The notes below the pieces were generated by a model. That model did not search any database. It saw nothing but the letters and a program-made list of their open reading frames with translations, and was not told where the DNA came from. A DNA stretch of 64,000 bases, taken from assembly GCA_963749495.1 (NCBI GenBank), contig CAVVMW010000004.1:800001-864000 (forward strand), given 5' to 3'. The DNA comes from an uncultured bacterium. Lineage in GTDB: Bacteria; Verrucomicrobiota; Verrucomicrobiia; Limisphaerales; UBA8199. Of this stretch, positions 48,687 to 60,549 are shown in pieces (the first letter of the stretch is position 1; every line of letters starts with the position of its first letter). The position numbers were made by a program, and so were the translations under genes.

Positions 48687-49328
48687 ATGGCCATCTCGGT
48701 GTCTATTGTGGAAGACGACTTGCAGACGCGGAAGATATTTGCCGGCTGGATCGGGCATTGCGCCGCCTTCCGGCTTGCCGGGGAATGGGGTGACGCCGAG
48801 AGCGCCCTGGGCGGGGTCGTCCAGCAGATGCCCAACGTGGTGTTGATGGACATCAACCTGCCCGGAATGAGCGGCGTCGAGGCCGTCCGCCGGCTCAAGC
48901 CTGTCCTGCCCCAAACCCAGTTTGTCATGCTGACGGTCTATGAGGATGCCGACCATATCTACGACGCGCTGGCGGCCGGGGCGTCCGGCTATCTGCTCAA
49001 GCAGACACCGCGCCAGGAATTGCTGGCCGCCCTGGAAGACGTGCACCAGGGCGGCTCGCCCATGACCAGCAACATCGCCCGCAAGGTCGTTCAGTCCTTC
49101 CGCCAGGCCCCTGCCCCGGTCCCCACCGGCCTGGCCCTCTCCCCGCGCGAGCAGGAGGTCCTGGATTTCCTGGCGCAGGGCTATCTCTACAAGGAGATTG
49201 CCGAGCGCCTCAATATCAGCGTGCCCACCGTCAATACTTACGTCCGGCGCATGTACGAAAAGCTCCACGTCCGCTCCCGCGCCCAGGCCGTCGCCAAATA
49301 CACGGGGCGCGCTGCGGCGCGCGAATGA
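48687..49328 (+). CDS. NarL/LuxR-family response regulator
   Basis: IVEDD, LMDINLP, GASGYLLK, LSPREQEVL..YKEIAERL..YEKLHV. Confidence 0.95.
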   Translation: MAISVSIVEDDLQTRKIFAGWIGHCAAFRLAGEWGDAESALGGVVQQMPNVVLMDINLPGMSGVEAVRRLKPVLPQTQFVMLTVYEDADHIYDALAAGASGYLLKQTPRQELLAALEDVHQGGSPMTSNIARKVVQSFRQAPAPVPTGLALSPREQEVLDFLAQGYLYKEIAERLNISVPTVNTYVRRMYEKLHVRSRAQAVAKYTGRAAARE

Positions 49329-49417
49329 CGAATGACGAATGACGAATGACGAATGACCAAGGGGCGCTGCCGGGAGTCATTCGTCATTCGTCATTCGTCA
49401 TTCGTCATTCGTCATTC
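49323..49417. repeat. Inverted heptamer tandem (GAATGAC)5-N18-(GTCATTC)6
   Basis: Read directly; the first unit supplies the regulator's TGA. Confidence 0.95.
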
Positions 49418-49669
49418 CCCCTCCCCTCCTGCACCGCCGCCCCGTTGTCATCTCTTTTCACGACATGCCATTTTGCCCCAAGCTGCTAGGCTCGCAAGCG
49501 TTCGACTGTCTCTATGACGAGCTTCGTGTGGGAAGGAAAGACTGCGGTTTCTGTTGGCGCGGCGTGGGTGGGCAACGGCTTTGCCCTGTGGCGTGCCCTT
49601 GCGCCTGAGGCCGGGACTTTCCCCGCGTAGAAGCCTCGCGAACACTGAAAGAAAAAGGATGAATCCACC

Positions 49670-51658
49670 ATGAAAAAGAGAACAATGCGGCAATGTCTCC
49701 GCCCGACCGTATTCGGACTCGCCCTGGCCGCGTCAATGGCCGTCAGCCAGGCGCAGACCTTCACCAACATCGTGATTAGCACATTCGATTCGGCCAGTGA
49801 CCCCTACGTGAACACGTATTATTGGTGGGGTGGCGATGTCCACACGACCACCTGGGATGGCACCCAGAATGCCACCAGCACGCTGGTCCCGAATACTCCC
49901 GGCTCCGGCGCCCTGGAGATCATGGTGAACTGGACGGACACCTCGGGAGTCTCGGGCAACCAGCAGCCCCAGTTTGTATTCCTCGACGGGTTCAACGGCG
50001 GCGGAAGCGGCATCAGCTCTGGCTCCGTCGTCAATGGCTTCTATTACGACCTGGACTTCGACCTCAAGTTCGATCCTGCCTCGGCCAGGAGCGCTGTCGA
50101 CGGCTCGTTCGGCAACATGGAGGTCGGTGTCGCCACGACCGGTTGGGCCCAGAATTGGCTCTGGCAGCCCACCGGCTACACCAACCAGGGGTGGAACCAT
50201 ATCCATATCCCTATCAACCCAACAACCCCCAACATCGACCAGATGGCCGGCTTTATCTTCGGGTTCCCCTGGCAGACCTCGAGCAGCAATACAAACGCCT
50301 TCTATACCAACGCCACCCAAGTCACAACCGTCTGGCTGGACAACATCGTTTTCACCACGAACCTGAACAAGAACCTGGCACCGCCGACATTGACGCTCGC
50401 CCCTGTGGCGCCGACGCCCGGCTTGAACATCCAGACCAGTTCCTCTGACGGGGAATATGACCGCGAGAATATTGCCACTGTGAGCAGCGATTACTCCTGG
50501 GTCGGCGCGGGCAGCACGCCCGTGGCCTATTCTCTGACCCTCGCCAAGTATCCGGGCACCAACAACCCCTACTTCGAGACACACATCTTCCTGGCCTCGG
50601 GCGCCAGCGGCACGCCGCCGGGCACCGAAAGCGGCCCGGATTGGAACGAGCCCAATACTATCTTCGTGCAGATCCAGAATAACCCGGATGGGAGCGCTTC
50701 AGCCCGGTTCATGTGGAAGACCAATGATCCCGGCGCCAACGACATGATCTGGGGTCCCATTGGCACGCTCGGCTCTCTCTCCGAACCTGCCGGCCCCCTG
50801 GGCACCTGGTCCATCGCCTTCGTCAATGATACCAACGTGACCCTCACCTCGCCCAGTGGGCTGAGCACCAACTTCAACTTCCCGGACGATGCGGCGCTCC
50901 AGGCCGCTTTCCCGCAAGGTTCGGTGGTGGCCTATTTTGGGGGCATGCCCAATGCCACCAGCAATCCCGGCCAAGGCATTGTGATCACCGACATCAGCAT
51001 CACCGGCCCCGCCAGCGCCATCACGCCCATCGACGACCATTTCACCGAGGGTGTGCTGGATGCGAACACGTGGGTCGTCCGGGCGGCCAGCGCGGCGGAC
51101 GTTTCCCTGGTCCAGAACAACATCCACTGGAGCCTGAAATGGACCCTCCCTGACCTGCATTTCCTATTGCAATCGGCCCCAAGCGTCCTCGGTCCCTGGA
51201 CTGACGCCACCATTATCACCAACGCCTCTCAATCGGGATCGACCAAATCGCTCCTGGTGCCGGACACCGCTTTGGCCTCGAAAGCCAGCACCTTCTTCCG
51301 CATGGTCAAGCCCGCGGCCACGCAGTTGCAGGTGCTCATGCCGGGTGAGACGGCGGCGCCGGGCACGCCCAGCGGCAAGACCGGAACGCCCACTCAACAA
51401 GCCGCCGGGGCCAATGTAACGGTCACCGTCAATGCGGTGGACGCCAACTGGAACCTCGTCAACTATGTCGCCGACACGGTGGCAATTACCAGCTCGGATA
51501 CCATGGCGACATTGCCCAACAACGCAGCCCTGAGCAACGGCACAGGGACGTTTCAGATCATTTTCGGCTCCGCAGGCTCCCAGACCGTCACGGCCACCGA
51601 TGTGACAAACACCAACATAGCCCCCAACACCGGCACCTCGACCACGGTCACGCCGTGA
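49670..51658 (+). CDS. Secreted beta-rich hypothetical protein
   Basis: Signal peptide (SQA-Q), Thr/Asn/Gly-rich, internal LQSAPSVLGPW..FFRM motif, Ig-like tail. Confidence 0.8.
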   Translation: MKKRTMRQCLRPTVFGLALAASMAVSQAQTFTNIVISTFDSASDPYVNTYYWWGGDVHTTTWDGTQNATSTLVPNTPGSGALEIMVNWTDTSGVSGNQQPQFVFLDGFNGGGSGISSGSVVNGFYYDLDFDLKFDPASARSAVDGSFGNMEVGVATTGWAQNWLWQPTGYTNQGWNHIHIPINPTTPNIDQMAGFIFGFPWQTSSSNTNAFYTNATQVTTVWLDNIVFTTNLNKNLAPPTLTLAPVAPTPGLNIQTSSSDGEYDRENIATVSSDYSWVGAGSTPVAYSLTLAKYPGTNNPYFETHIFLASGASGTPPGTESGPDWNEPNTIFVQIQNNPDGSASARFMWKTNDPGANDMIWGPIGTLGSLSEPAGPLGTWSIAFVNDTNVTLTSPSGLSTNFNFPDDAALQAAFPQGSVVAYFGGMPNATSNPGQGIVITDISITGPASAITPIDDHFTEGVLDANTWVVRAASAADVSLVQNNIHWSLKWTLPDLHFLLQSAPSVLGPWTDATIITNASQSGSTKSLLVPDTALASKASTFFRMVKPAATQLQVLMPGETAAPGTPSGKTGTPTQQAAGANVTVTVNAVDANWNLVNYVADTVAITSSDTMATLPNNAALSNGTGTFQIIFGSAGSQTVTATDVTNTNIAPNTGTSTTVTP

Positions 51659-51702
51659 TGGGGGCCGTGATGGGGTCATAGGCTCTTCAGAAGCCCACCC
51701 AA

Positions 51703-51737
51703 GAGGGCGCCGCTACCCAGCGGCGCCCTCGTTCTTT
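51703..51737 (+). terminator. Rho-independent terminator-like hairpin
   Basis: GAGGGCGCCGCT-ACCC-AGCGGCGCCCTC then GTTCTTT. Confidence 0.7.
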
Positions 51738-51759
51738 GTGCGCTTCGCGATGGGTGCGA

Positions 51760-52051
51760 TTAAAAGCGTCGGGCATGCGCCTCGGGAGTTTTGTCCCGGA
51801 GGGACATCTGACAATAGCCCGGCGTTTCAACGCCGGGGAGGCCACAAAAGGGACCCTCGTCCCGAAGGGACGACTGAGAACATTCCTTGCTTTCAGCCGT
51901 CCCTTTCGGGACAGACCGGCTCCTTGGCTCCGCTGACCCGGCGTTGAAACGCCGGGCTATTGTCGGAAGCCCCGCCCTTTCTGGCTTTTGGGACCGAGGT
52001 TGGCCCGCATTTGGCCGGAAAGCGCGGGGCAAAAAGGCGCCGTGGGCTGAC
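51760..52051. repeat. REP family B copy, close homolog of ~43315-43557
   Basis: Long colinear similarity including flanks ATTAAAAGC and GGGGCAAAAAGGCGCCGTGGGCTGAC. Confidence 0.85.
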
Positions 52052-52377
52052 GGACAGAACAGCCGCCAATAATCATCCGGAGCGCTGAAAGCGCGATTCA
52101 TCCTTGGTCCTGCGCTGTGCTACGAAAGGAGCAAAAACTCTTCGGATCTTCTCAATTCGCAGGCCTCGAGGAATTCTGTCCGCGCCCCTGGGTTGGCGCG
52201 ATGCGAGCTCGAGAAGGGGCTCCAGCGCACCATAGATCACCCCCCTCCCATGCGCTCCGAGCGCATGGGAGGGGGGACGGGGGGTGGGTTTCGGTCCCTG
52301 CTCGGGGGCGGTGTCCGGATGCGCCCATGCAAACCCCCGCGAGTAAGGCCTCAGTGAAGGCAGGAGCGGCACCGCGG

Positions 52378-52566
52378 GCAGACCCCTCACCCCGGCCCTC
52401 TCCCCATCGGATGGTGAGAGGGTGGATTCTCCGTAGCGGCTCGATGAACCAGAGACGCCAGGAAACTCTGGAGACTGCCGAGGCTTCTCCCTCTCCCCGT
52501 CGGACGGGGAGAGGGTTGGGGTGAGGGGTCCGCCGGGGACTCTGTCTCCGCCTTCACTGACCGGTT
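52378..52566. repeat. REP family E copy
   Basis: Homolog of 45375-45564. Confidence 0.85.
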
Positions 52567-52826
52567 ACCCCCGCGAAACAATTCCTGTCAACGCCGCATT
52601 TGCTTCGTCGTAAAATCTCGCGATCACATAATTGAAATTAGCCAAGGACCATCGGGCTTTGCTGGTTTCGTGGCGGTTTTATCGGGTGGCCAGTTGGTTA
52701 TGGAATTGGCAGCGGCAACTGGGAGATCGGCTTCGGCCGTGCATGGAACACGTGCTCACCATTCCGGATTGCACACCTGCGTCCGGCATTTTGCCGGCCG
52801 GTTCACTAGCGAGGCAAGGCCTCAGA

Positions 52827-52879
52827 CCGTGGCTCGGGCATCCTGCCCAAGCCCCCACGGGCAGGATGCCCGTGCCACA
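52827..52879. repeat. Short REP-like palindrome
   Basis: GTGGCTCGGGCATCCTGCCC..GGGCAGGATGCCCGTGCCAC. Confidence 0.7.
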
Positions 52880-52986
52880 AACTTGGCTTGTCTGCATCAC
52901 GTTTTGAAATTCAAGGACTCTAGACCCGCGCATCCTTTCCTTAATCCCACAAACCAGGGAATCCCCAATCTTAGGGATCACAGACT

Positions 52987-55900
52987 ATGAAAACCATTAT
53001 TGTTTCTCAACATCGCGCCGGACGGTGGTTCGGCGCAGGGCTCAGGGCTGCCGTCTCCGGCGCAGCGCTGCTCACGTTCACAACGCCGGGTTCAGGCGTC
53101 GAGCGCCAGGTGCTGCGCGGGCACGTGCCGGCAGCGGTCGCCCGGCTCGGCTTGCGGCCACTGGGCCGGCTGCCGGCCACCAACCGGCTGAACCTGGCCA
53201 TTGGCCTGCCCCTGCGCAACACCAACGCGCTCAACAAGTTGCTGGAGGACATGTATGATCCAGCGAGTCCGCAGTTCCGCCGCTACCTGACCCCGGAGCA
53301 GTTCACCGACCAATTTGGCCCCACCAAGGAGGACTATGAAGCCGTCGTGCGCTTTGCCAAAAGCCACGGCTTGGACATCACCGTCACGCATTCAAACCGC
53401 GTGTTGCTGGACGTCGCCGGGCAGGTTGCCCACATTGAGAAAGCGTTTCAGATCACGTTGCACACGTACAAGCATCCCACGGAAGCGCGGCAGTTTTATG
53501 CGCCGGAGGTTGAACCCTTCGTCGAAGCTGGTCTGGCGGTGCTCGACATCAGCGGGTTGAACAATTATTCAATTCCGCGTCCCGCGTCACACAAGGCATC
53601 GGCCAAGACCGCCTCTGGCCCCGGCTCAGGCTCCGGGCCAAATGGCAGTTATATGGGCAAGGACTTCCGGAATGCGTATGCGCCCGCCGTCACTCTGACC
53701 GGCGCTGGCCAGATGGTTGGACTGCTGGCCTTCACAGCCTTTTATGCGGGTGACATCGCAACCTATGAGACCATGGCGGGGCTGCCGAATGTGCCCATCC
53801 AGGTCGTTCTGTTGGATGGATATAACGGGATTCCTGTGCCTGGCAATCTAGGGACAGTCGAAGCCGACTTGGACATCGAGATGGCAATTTCCATGGCCCC
53901 AGGCTTGAGCAAAGTGGTCGTATTCGACGCCGGGCCTAATGGGGTCTTAAACGATGTTCTGAACGCTATGGCGGCTAATCCGCAAATCAAACAATTCAGT
54001 TCCTCTTGGATAGGCTGGAGTGCTAGCGCGACCACCGATAACATATTCAAGCAGATGGCGGCGCAAGGCCAGTCCTTCTTCCAAGCCTCAGGCGACGGGG
54101 ACTCGTGGGCCAACAACCTGCTTTTGCGTACTGTTACGTCGCCGGACTACTGGATTTGGCCGGCGGATGACCCCTACGTCACGAGCGTCGGTGGAACAAG
54201 TCTCACGATGAATAGCTCGGGAGCCTCTTATGCTTCGGAGAGGGTTTGGAACGATGGGAATACTCCTCCCGGATGGGATGGGTCTGGTTACCTCGGAAGC
54301 GGAGGCGGGATCAGCGCCACTTACGCAATTCCGAGCTGGCAAAAGGGCCTCGACATGTCCAACAACCGGGGGTCCATGACCAAGAGGAATTTCCCGGATG
54401 TAGCGATGGTCGCAGAGAATTTTCTGGTGGCCGCCAACGGTTCCACGGGGACCGGGTATTGGGGCACCAGTTTTGCCGCACCGTTATGGGCGGGGTTCAT
54501 GGCGCTCGTCAATCAAGAGGCGGCCGCCAACGGCGAGCCACCGGTCGGTTTTCTCAATCCCGCCCTCTACGCCCTCGGCCAGAGTGCTGACTACACGAAT
54601 AATTTTCACGACATCACGCTCGGCAACAACGCCACCCCCACCAGCGGCAGCTTGTTCCCCGCAGTCCCCGGCTACGATCTCTGCACCGGTTCGGGGCTCG
54701 CCCAAGGGCAGCAACCTGATCCATTCGCTGGCCCTGCCTCAGCGCTTAGTGATCACGCCCAACTCAGCCCTTCTCTTCACCGGTCCCGTTGGCGGGCCGC
54801 TCAATCCGAGCGCACTGAGCCTCTCACTCACGAACCGAACCGGCTCGCTCGACTGGAGCCTGGCCCTGGATGCCGCCTGGCTGACCGTCTCGCCCAGGAA
54901 TGGAACGCTCGTGGCGGGCGGCCCGGCTACGGTTGTCGCGGTCACGCCGAACCTGCTGGCCACCAATCTGGCCGCGGGCAGTTGCACGGCCACTTTGTAT
55001 TTCACCAACCTCAACGATCAGTCTGTTCAAACGCGTCACATCACCGTGGCGATCGTCACCCTCCCGCTCATCACCTCCCAGCCTACGAATCAAGCCGTGC
55101 TGGAGGGGATGACGGCTACCTTCAGCGTGGGAACCGGCACCAATGGGTTGCTGTACTATCAGTGGCAGTTTGACAGCGGGAGTGGCCCCACGAATTTGAC
55201 GGACAGCGGCGGCATTTCCGGTTCAGCCACCAGTGCCCTGACCATCGACAACGTTTCCCCGGGGGACGTGGGCGCCTACTCGGTGATTGTCAGTAACGCC
55301 GCCGGGTCGGTAACCAGTGGCAGCGCTTCTCTGACGATCATCACCGGGCAGGCGCCGGTGATTGTCTCCGCGCCCGCGAGCCAGACCCTTCTGCCTGGGG
55401 CAACCGCGACATTCGCGGTATCTGCTGTCGGTGATCAGCCGCTTTCCTACTTCTGGCGGATGAACGGAACCAACCTGGCCGACGCGGGCAACATCTCCGG
55501 ATCGGCCACCAGCACGTTGACCATCCGCAACGCAACGGTTCTCAAATCGGGGAACTATACAGTGCTGATCACGAACAGCTTTGGGTCCGTCACCAGCGCG
55601 GTGGCGGTGCTGAACCTCCCGGGCGTTACGAGTGCAGGAGTCGCCCTGGAAACCCTCTACTCATTCACCACGAACTCGGTACGGATGCCTTCCCTTCGGA
55701 GGGCTGATTCAGGCAAATAACGGCAGTTTTTATGGCACTGCCAGTGCAGGGGGTCCACAAGGCGTTGGCACAGTGTTCCAAATGGATACCAACGGCGTGG
55801 TGACCCTCGTTTATGCGTTCCCGAACGGCACCGCCGGCAATCCCAACGGCTCCTTACCCTGCGCTGCGCTCGTTCAGGGCACAAACGGTCTCCTTTACGG

Positions 55901-58862
55901 CACGGCCGTTTACGGCGGCTCCACAGGCGACGGCACGCTTTTCCGGATGAGTACGAATGGCACAGGCACTGTGGCCTAGTCGTTGACTTCTGCCAGCAGT
56001 GGTTCGGTGCCTTATGGCGGCCTGGTGCAGGGCCGGGACGGTAACTTCTATGGAACTACCTGGGAAGGCGGAGTTTTTCACTTTCGCTCTGTCACACCGC
56101 CTGGCGCGCCGTACGGCACGGTTTTCAAATTAACGGCTAATGGCAGCCTGACGGCCATTCACTCCTTCAACTACGAGGATGGGGCGTATCCTTCCTCGTC
56201 TCTCGTGCAAGGCGGCGATGGTGCGCTATACGGCACGACTTGGGAGGGAGGCACCCATGGCGGCTGGGGCACAATCTTCAAAATAACGCCCGGCGGCATC
56301 CTCACATCTCTGTTCTCGTTCGCCAATACGAACGGCGCTGTGCCCTTTGCAGGCCTGGTGCAGGATAGCGGTGGCAACTTTTACGGCACTACGACTGCCG
56401 GCGGCGCCTATGGCGCGGGGACTGTCTTCAAGCTGGCTGCCGATGGCACCTTCACGTCCCTTTACTCCTTCAGTGGCGGTAACGACGGCAGCAATTGCTC
56501 CGGCGGGTTGCTGCTGGCCAGCGATGGCAACTTGTACGGCACAACCGTGGGTGGCGGCGTTTACGGCCTCGGCACTGTGTTTCGAATCACTTCCGATGGC
56601 ACTTTGGCGACGCTGGTCCAATTTGACGGATACCAGGGCGTCAATCCCTACTGCACCCTGATTCAGGGCACCGACGGCCGTTTGTACGGCACCACCCAAA
56701 ACGGCGGCGCCAACGGATGGGGCGCGATTTTTCGGCTCAGCCTCGACTCCCCTCTCCAAATCACCCGGCAACCGCAGCCGCAACAGGCCTTCGCGGGCGA
56801 CGCCGCTACCTTCAGTGTCGCGACGTTCGGCAGCCTGCCGGTTGCCTACCAGTGGCTGAAAAATGCAACGAACCTCTACGACGGGCCCTCCCTTTGGGGC
56901 TCCAACTCGCGCGTCCTGACCCTCGCCAACATCAGCGCGGCCGATGCCGCCACTTATTCCGTCGTGATCAGCAACGTGTATGGCGCCGTGACCAGCACCG
57001 GCGCGCGGCTCGATGTGATTTCCTCGCCTCCGACCCTGATCTCAGGACCGGAGTCTCGGACCGTGCTGGTGGGATCGACCGTCACCTTCACGGTGGAGGC
57101 CGGCGGTGACGGACCCCTCTCTTTCCAGTGGCAGGAGAACGGGACCAATTTGGTGGATGGCGGCAACCTTTCGGGCTCGGCTACACCCACCTTGACCTTG
57201 GCGTCGGTTGCCGCGGCGAACGCCGGCATTTATTCGGTCACCGTCAGCAACGCGCTTAATACCGTTTCGAGCCCCGGCGCCATGCTGACCGTGCTGCCAG
57301 TCAGCCCACCGGGGACCAGTTTGAACTTCCGGGCCCGTTTCAGCGGCGGCACAAGTCCATTTAACCCGCACGCCGGCGTGATTCAAGGAACCGATGGCTG
57401 GTTCTATGGCACGACTGTTAACGGCGGCTCCGGGCTCTTTGGCACCGCTTTCAGGCTCTCTCCGGGCGGCGCGTTTGCGGCCCTGCACTCCTTCACCAAC
57501 GGTGTGGACGGGGCCACTCCGTTGGCCGGCCTAACCCAGGCCAGCGATGGCAATTTCTACGGCGCAAGTTCGAAAGGACTGGGCGCGTCACTCGGCACAC
57601 TCTTCCGGATGACCCCAGCCGGTGCCCTCACTCCCCTCTATGCCTTTGGCGGCAGCGATGATGGAGGCAATCCTTTGGCGTCTCTGGCGGCGGGGAGCGA
57701 CGGCAACCTCTATGGCACCGCGTCCACGGGCGGCAGCAACGCCGTTGGCGCCGTATTCAGCCTGAGCACCAATGGCCTCTTTACGCCGCTCTGGTCGTTC
57801 AACTCCACCAATGGCAGTTATCCGGCCGCCCCGCTGGCGCAAGGGAGTGACGGCAAGTTTTACGGCACGACCGCCGCCGGCGGCACCCACGATCTGGGCA
57901 CGGTTTTCTGCCTGAGCACCAATGGGATGTTTAACTCGCTGCTCTCCTTCGATTCCCCTCGGGGTGCCTATCCCAGCAACGGCTTGATCCAGGCCACCGA
58001 CGGCGCCTTTTACGGAACGGCTTCGAGCGGCGGCACCAACGGCGGCTGGGGCACGGTGTTCCGCCTGAGGGCCGATGGCACGCTGACCGCCCTGCATTCC
58101 TTCGACTACGATGACGGTGCGGTACCCGTCGGCGGCTTAGTGCAAGGAACCGACGGCAACCTCTATGGCACCACATCCCAAGGTGGCGTTGGCGGACAGG
58201 GAACCGTTTTCCAGATCACCACCAATGGCGTGCTCACCACCCTGGTCTGGTTCAACGGCACGAATGGCGCCAACCCCCAATCCTCTTTGATTCAGGGGCG
58301 CGACGGCTCCTTCTATGGCACCGCGGAGTTTGGCGGCACTGCATACAATGGCGCTTCCGGCAGCGGTGACGGCCTTGTCTTCCGCCTCACCTTGCCGATG
58401 TTTTTACTCAACCCGTTCACCCAGGCAAGCGCGACCGCGACGGCGCCCTATTCGGCTTCGCTGTCCACTAACGCCGTCGCTCCAGTCGGTGATTTGCTGG
58501 CCTTTGCCAAAGTTAGCGGGCCGGCCTGGCTCACTGCGGCCACCGACGGGACGCTTGCCGGCACCCCCGCCGTGGCGGACATTGGCGCGAACATGTTCGT
58601 CGTCAGTCTGGCTGACACGAACGGCTGGTCCAGTACCGCTACCATGAGCATCACCGTGGCGCCTCTGCCGACAATCTCGATCTCCACCCAAGGCACGAAC
58701 ATCGTCCTGGGTTGGAGCGGGGGCCAACCGCCCTATTCGGTCCAGATGGCCAGCGATCTGGCCAGCCCGGCTTGGCAAACCATCGCTGGTCCTCTGACCA
58801 ACAGCACCTTAATCGTGACACCCACCAACACCGCCGCCTTCTATCGCATCCAGAGCCAGTGA
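52987..58862 (+). CDS. Large secreted S53 (sedolisin/kumamolisin) protease with pro-domain, Ig domains, GloVer-type repeats and ...FYR tail; two frameshifts (~54695, ~55690) and an in-frame TAG (55977-55979)
   Basis: YLTPEQF pro-domain, EADLD, SGDGD, PDVA, GTSFAAP, GYDLCTG; ITSQP..YQWQ Ig repeats; many P..GLVQG.DGNFYGTT..GG..GTVF repeats. Confidence 0.85.
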
Positions 58863-59111
58863 CGGCCGAGGCAGTTGGCAGGGGTGAACCAGAACTGGGG
58901 AATCACGGGAGCGACGCTGCATCGTTCCCCCCCAACGAAGCCTCTGGCATTTCTTGGGGATCATCGTGGCGCCGGATAGCCGCAAGGTTTTGGACTGCGC
59001 CCCCGATGTATCGGGGGCGCTTTTTGGACCCTGGGGACACGAAAGCGCCAGAGGACTGGCGCAGTCCAAAACGCTTCGCGATTTCGGGTGCCGGATTTCG
59101 GATTTGGGCTT

Positions 59112-60206
59112 TCACGTTCCCGCCCTAATCCATCCTCCACCCACGACGAGGTCGCCCTGGTAGAACACGGCGGCCTGGCCCGGGGTAACGGCCCGCTGGG
59201 GACACTGGAGCCGGACCCTGGCCCTGCCGCCGTCCAGCGGTGTCACGGTGGCCGGCGTGCCGGGATGATGGTAGCGGATCTGGACGTTGGCCTCGAGGCT
59301 GGGCGGCGGATGGTCGAAGGCAATCCAGTTGCACCGCTCGACCTCGAACTCGGAGCGGGCCAGCGCCGAGGCGTCGCCCACGACGACCCGGTTGTTGGCG
59401 GGGTCCAGTTCGATGACATACAGCGGTCTGGGCGCCGAGACGCCCAGGCCCTTGCGCTGGCCGATGGTGTAGAACTCGATGCCCTGGTGGTAGCCCAGGA
59501 CCTGGCCGTTGAGGTTCACGATCTCGCCCCGGTGCGGCTGCGCCAGCTTCGCCTGGCGCAGGAATCTCCCGTAGTCGTCGTCGGGCACGAAGCAAATCTC
59601 CATGCTCTCCTGCTTCTCGGCGGTCTTGAGGCGCCAACTGCGCGCCACGGCGCGTGCGTCGGTCTTGGTCCGTTCGCCCAGGGGGAAGAGGGCGCGGGCC
59701 AACTGGTCCTGGCGCAGCGAAAACAGGAAATAGCTCTGGTCCTTGTGCGGGTCCAGTCCGCGCCGGAGCAGTGTGCGGGCGCCCTCTGCGGCTGGGCGGG
59801 ACTCCAGCCTGGCAAAATGGCCGGTGGCGACATATTGCGCCCCGAGCTGGTCGGCCCGCTCGATGAGGCGGCCGAATTTGAGGTCCTGGTTGCACATCAC
59901 GCACGGGTTGGGCGTGCGGCCCGCCTTGTATTCCGCGGCGAAGTACTCAATGACCTTCTTTTGGAACACAGCCGCTTCGTCAACCAGGTAGAAGGGGATG
60001 CCCAGCTTGTGGCAGACCGCACGGGCGTCCATGACCGCCTGCGGTCCGCAACACTTGTCCTCGGCGCGCGCGACGCAATCCTGGGGCCAGAGCTTGAGCG
60101 TGATGCCCACCACCTCGTAGCCCTGCTCCAGCAACAGCGCCGCCGCGGCGGAGGAATCCACCCCGCCGCTCATCCCCACCACCACACGCGTTTTGCTCTC
60201 GCTCAC
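59112..60206 (-). CDS. mnmA: tRNA 2-thiouridine(34) synthase MnmA, copy 1
   Basis: SGGVDSS, DKCCG, TPNPCVMCN, ATGHF, KDQSYFL, ESMEICF, YTIGQRKGL, TPGQAAVFY. Confidence 0.97.
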   Translation of the reverse strand: MSESKTRVVVGMSGGVDSSAAAALLLEQGYEVVGITLKLWPQDCVARAEDKCCGPQAVMDARAVCHKLGIPFYLVDEAAVFQKKVIEYFAAEYKAGRTPNPCVMCNQDLKFGRLIERADQLGAQYVATGHFARLESRPAAEGARTLLRRGLDPHKDQSYFLFSLRQDQLARALFPLGERTKTDARAVARSWRLKTAEKQESMEICFVPDDDYGRFLRQAKLAQPHRGEIVNLNGQVLGYHQGIEFYTIGQRKGLGVSAPRPLYVIELDPANNRVVVGDASALARSEFEVERCNWIAFDHPPPSLEANVQIRYHHPGTPATVTPLDGGRARVRLQCPQRAVTPGQAAVFYQGDLVVGGGWIRAGT

Positions 60207-60256
60207 CAGGCGCCTAACATACGCGCCGCGCGCAACCCTGTAAACCTCACCCGAAC

Positions 60257-60347
60257 GAATGACGAATGACGAATGACGAATGACGAATGACGAATGACCA
60301 ACCGCAAGGTCCTCCTTTCGTCATTCGTCATTCGTCATTCGTCATTT
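60257..60347. repeat. Inverted heptamer tandem (GAATGAC)6..(GTCATTC)3+1 upstream of mnmA copy 1
   Basis: Read directly; only 3 left units in copy 2 (62498-62518). Confidence 0.95.
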
Positions 60348-60549
60348 CATTCTCCTAACGCACCTCGCGGGTGAAGCGGGTTCGTTTTGTTCTCGCCAGG
60401 AATTCGCGTTCATTCGCGTCTATTCGCGGTTCAACTGCCGTTTCCAGGCTGACTTTGAGAAAATGGAAATCAGGAACGCGGTAAACGAGATCAACCAGGG
60501 AAGTTAATCGGGGTTGACATATAGCCCGGGACTATTGTGATCGGGGGCT

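Larger units (their letters stand above)
58881..60448. repeat. Tandem duplication unit 1 (mnmA plus flanking repeats)
   Basis: Colinear with 60942-62668 (offset 2061 across the gene). Confidence 0.95.

Noticed and set aside
49323..49417. Short tandem arrays as CRISPR
   Set aside because: 7-10 bp units without unique spacers; no cas genes in the window
3060..55700. About ten frameshifts (amidohydrolase, DUF4239, prepilin, GH36, GT28-PHP, beta-barrel, OPT, rarA, S53 x2) as programmed frameshifting or mass pseudogenisation
   Set aside because: Single indels in otherwise undecayed genes, including conserved rarA, with no shared slippery motif that I can see; long-read consensus error is the simpler explanation and needs read data to exclude
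55700..58400. Internal repeats as a diversity-generating retroelement or DNA-level repeat system
   Set aside because: They are protein-level GloVer-type repeats with synonymous divergence; no reverse transcriptase and no adenine-specific TR/VR pair
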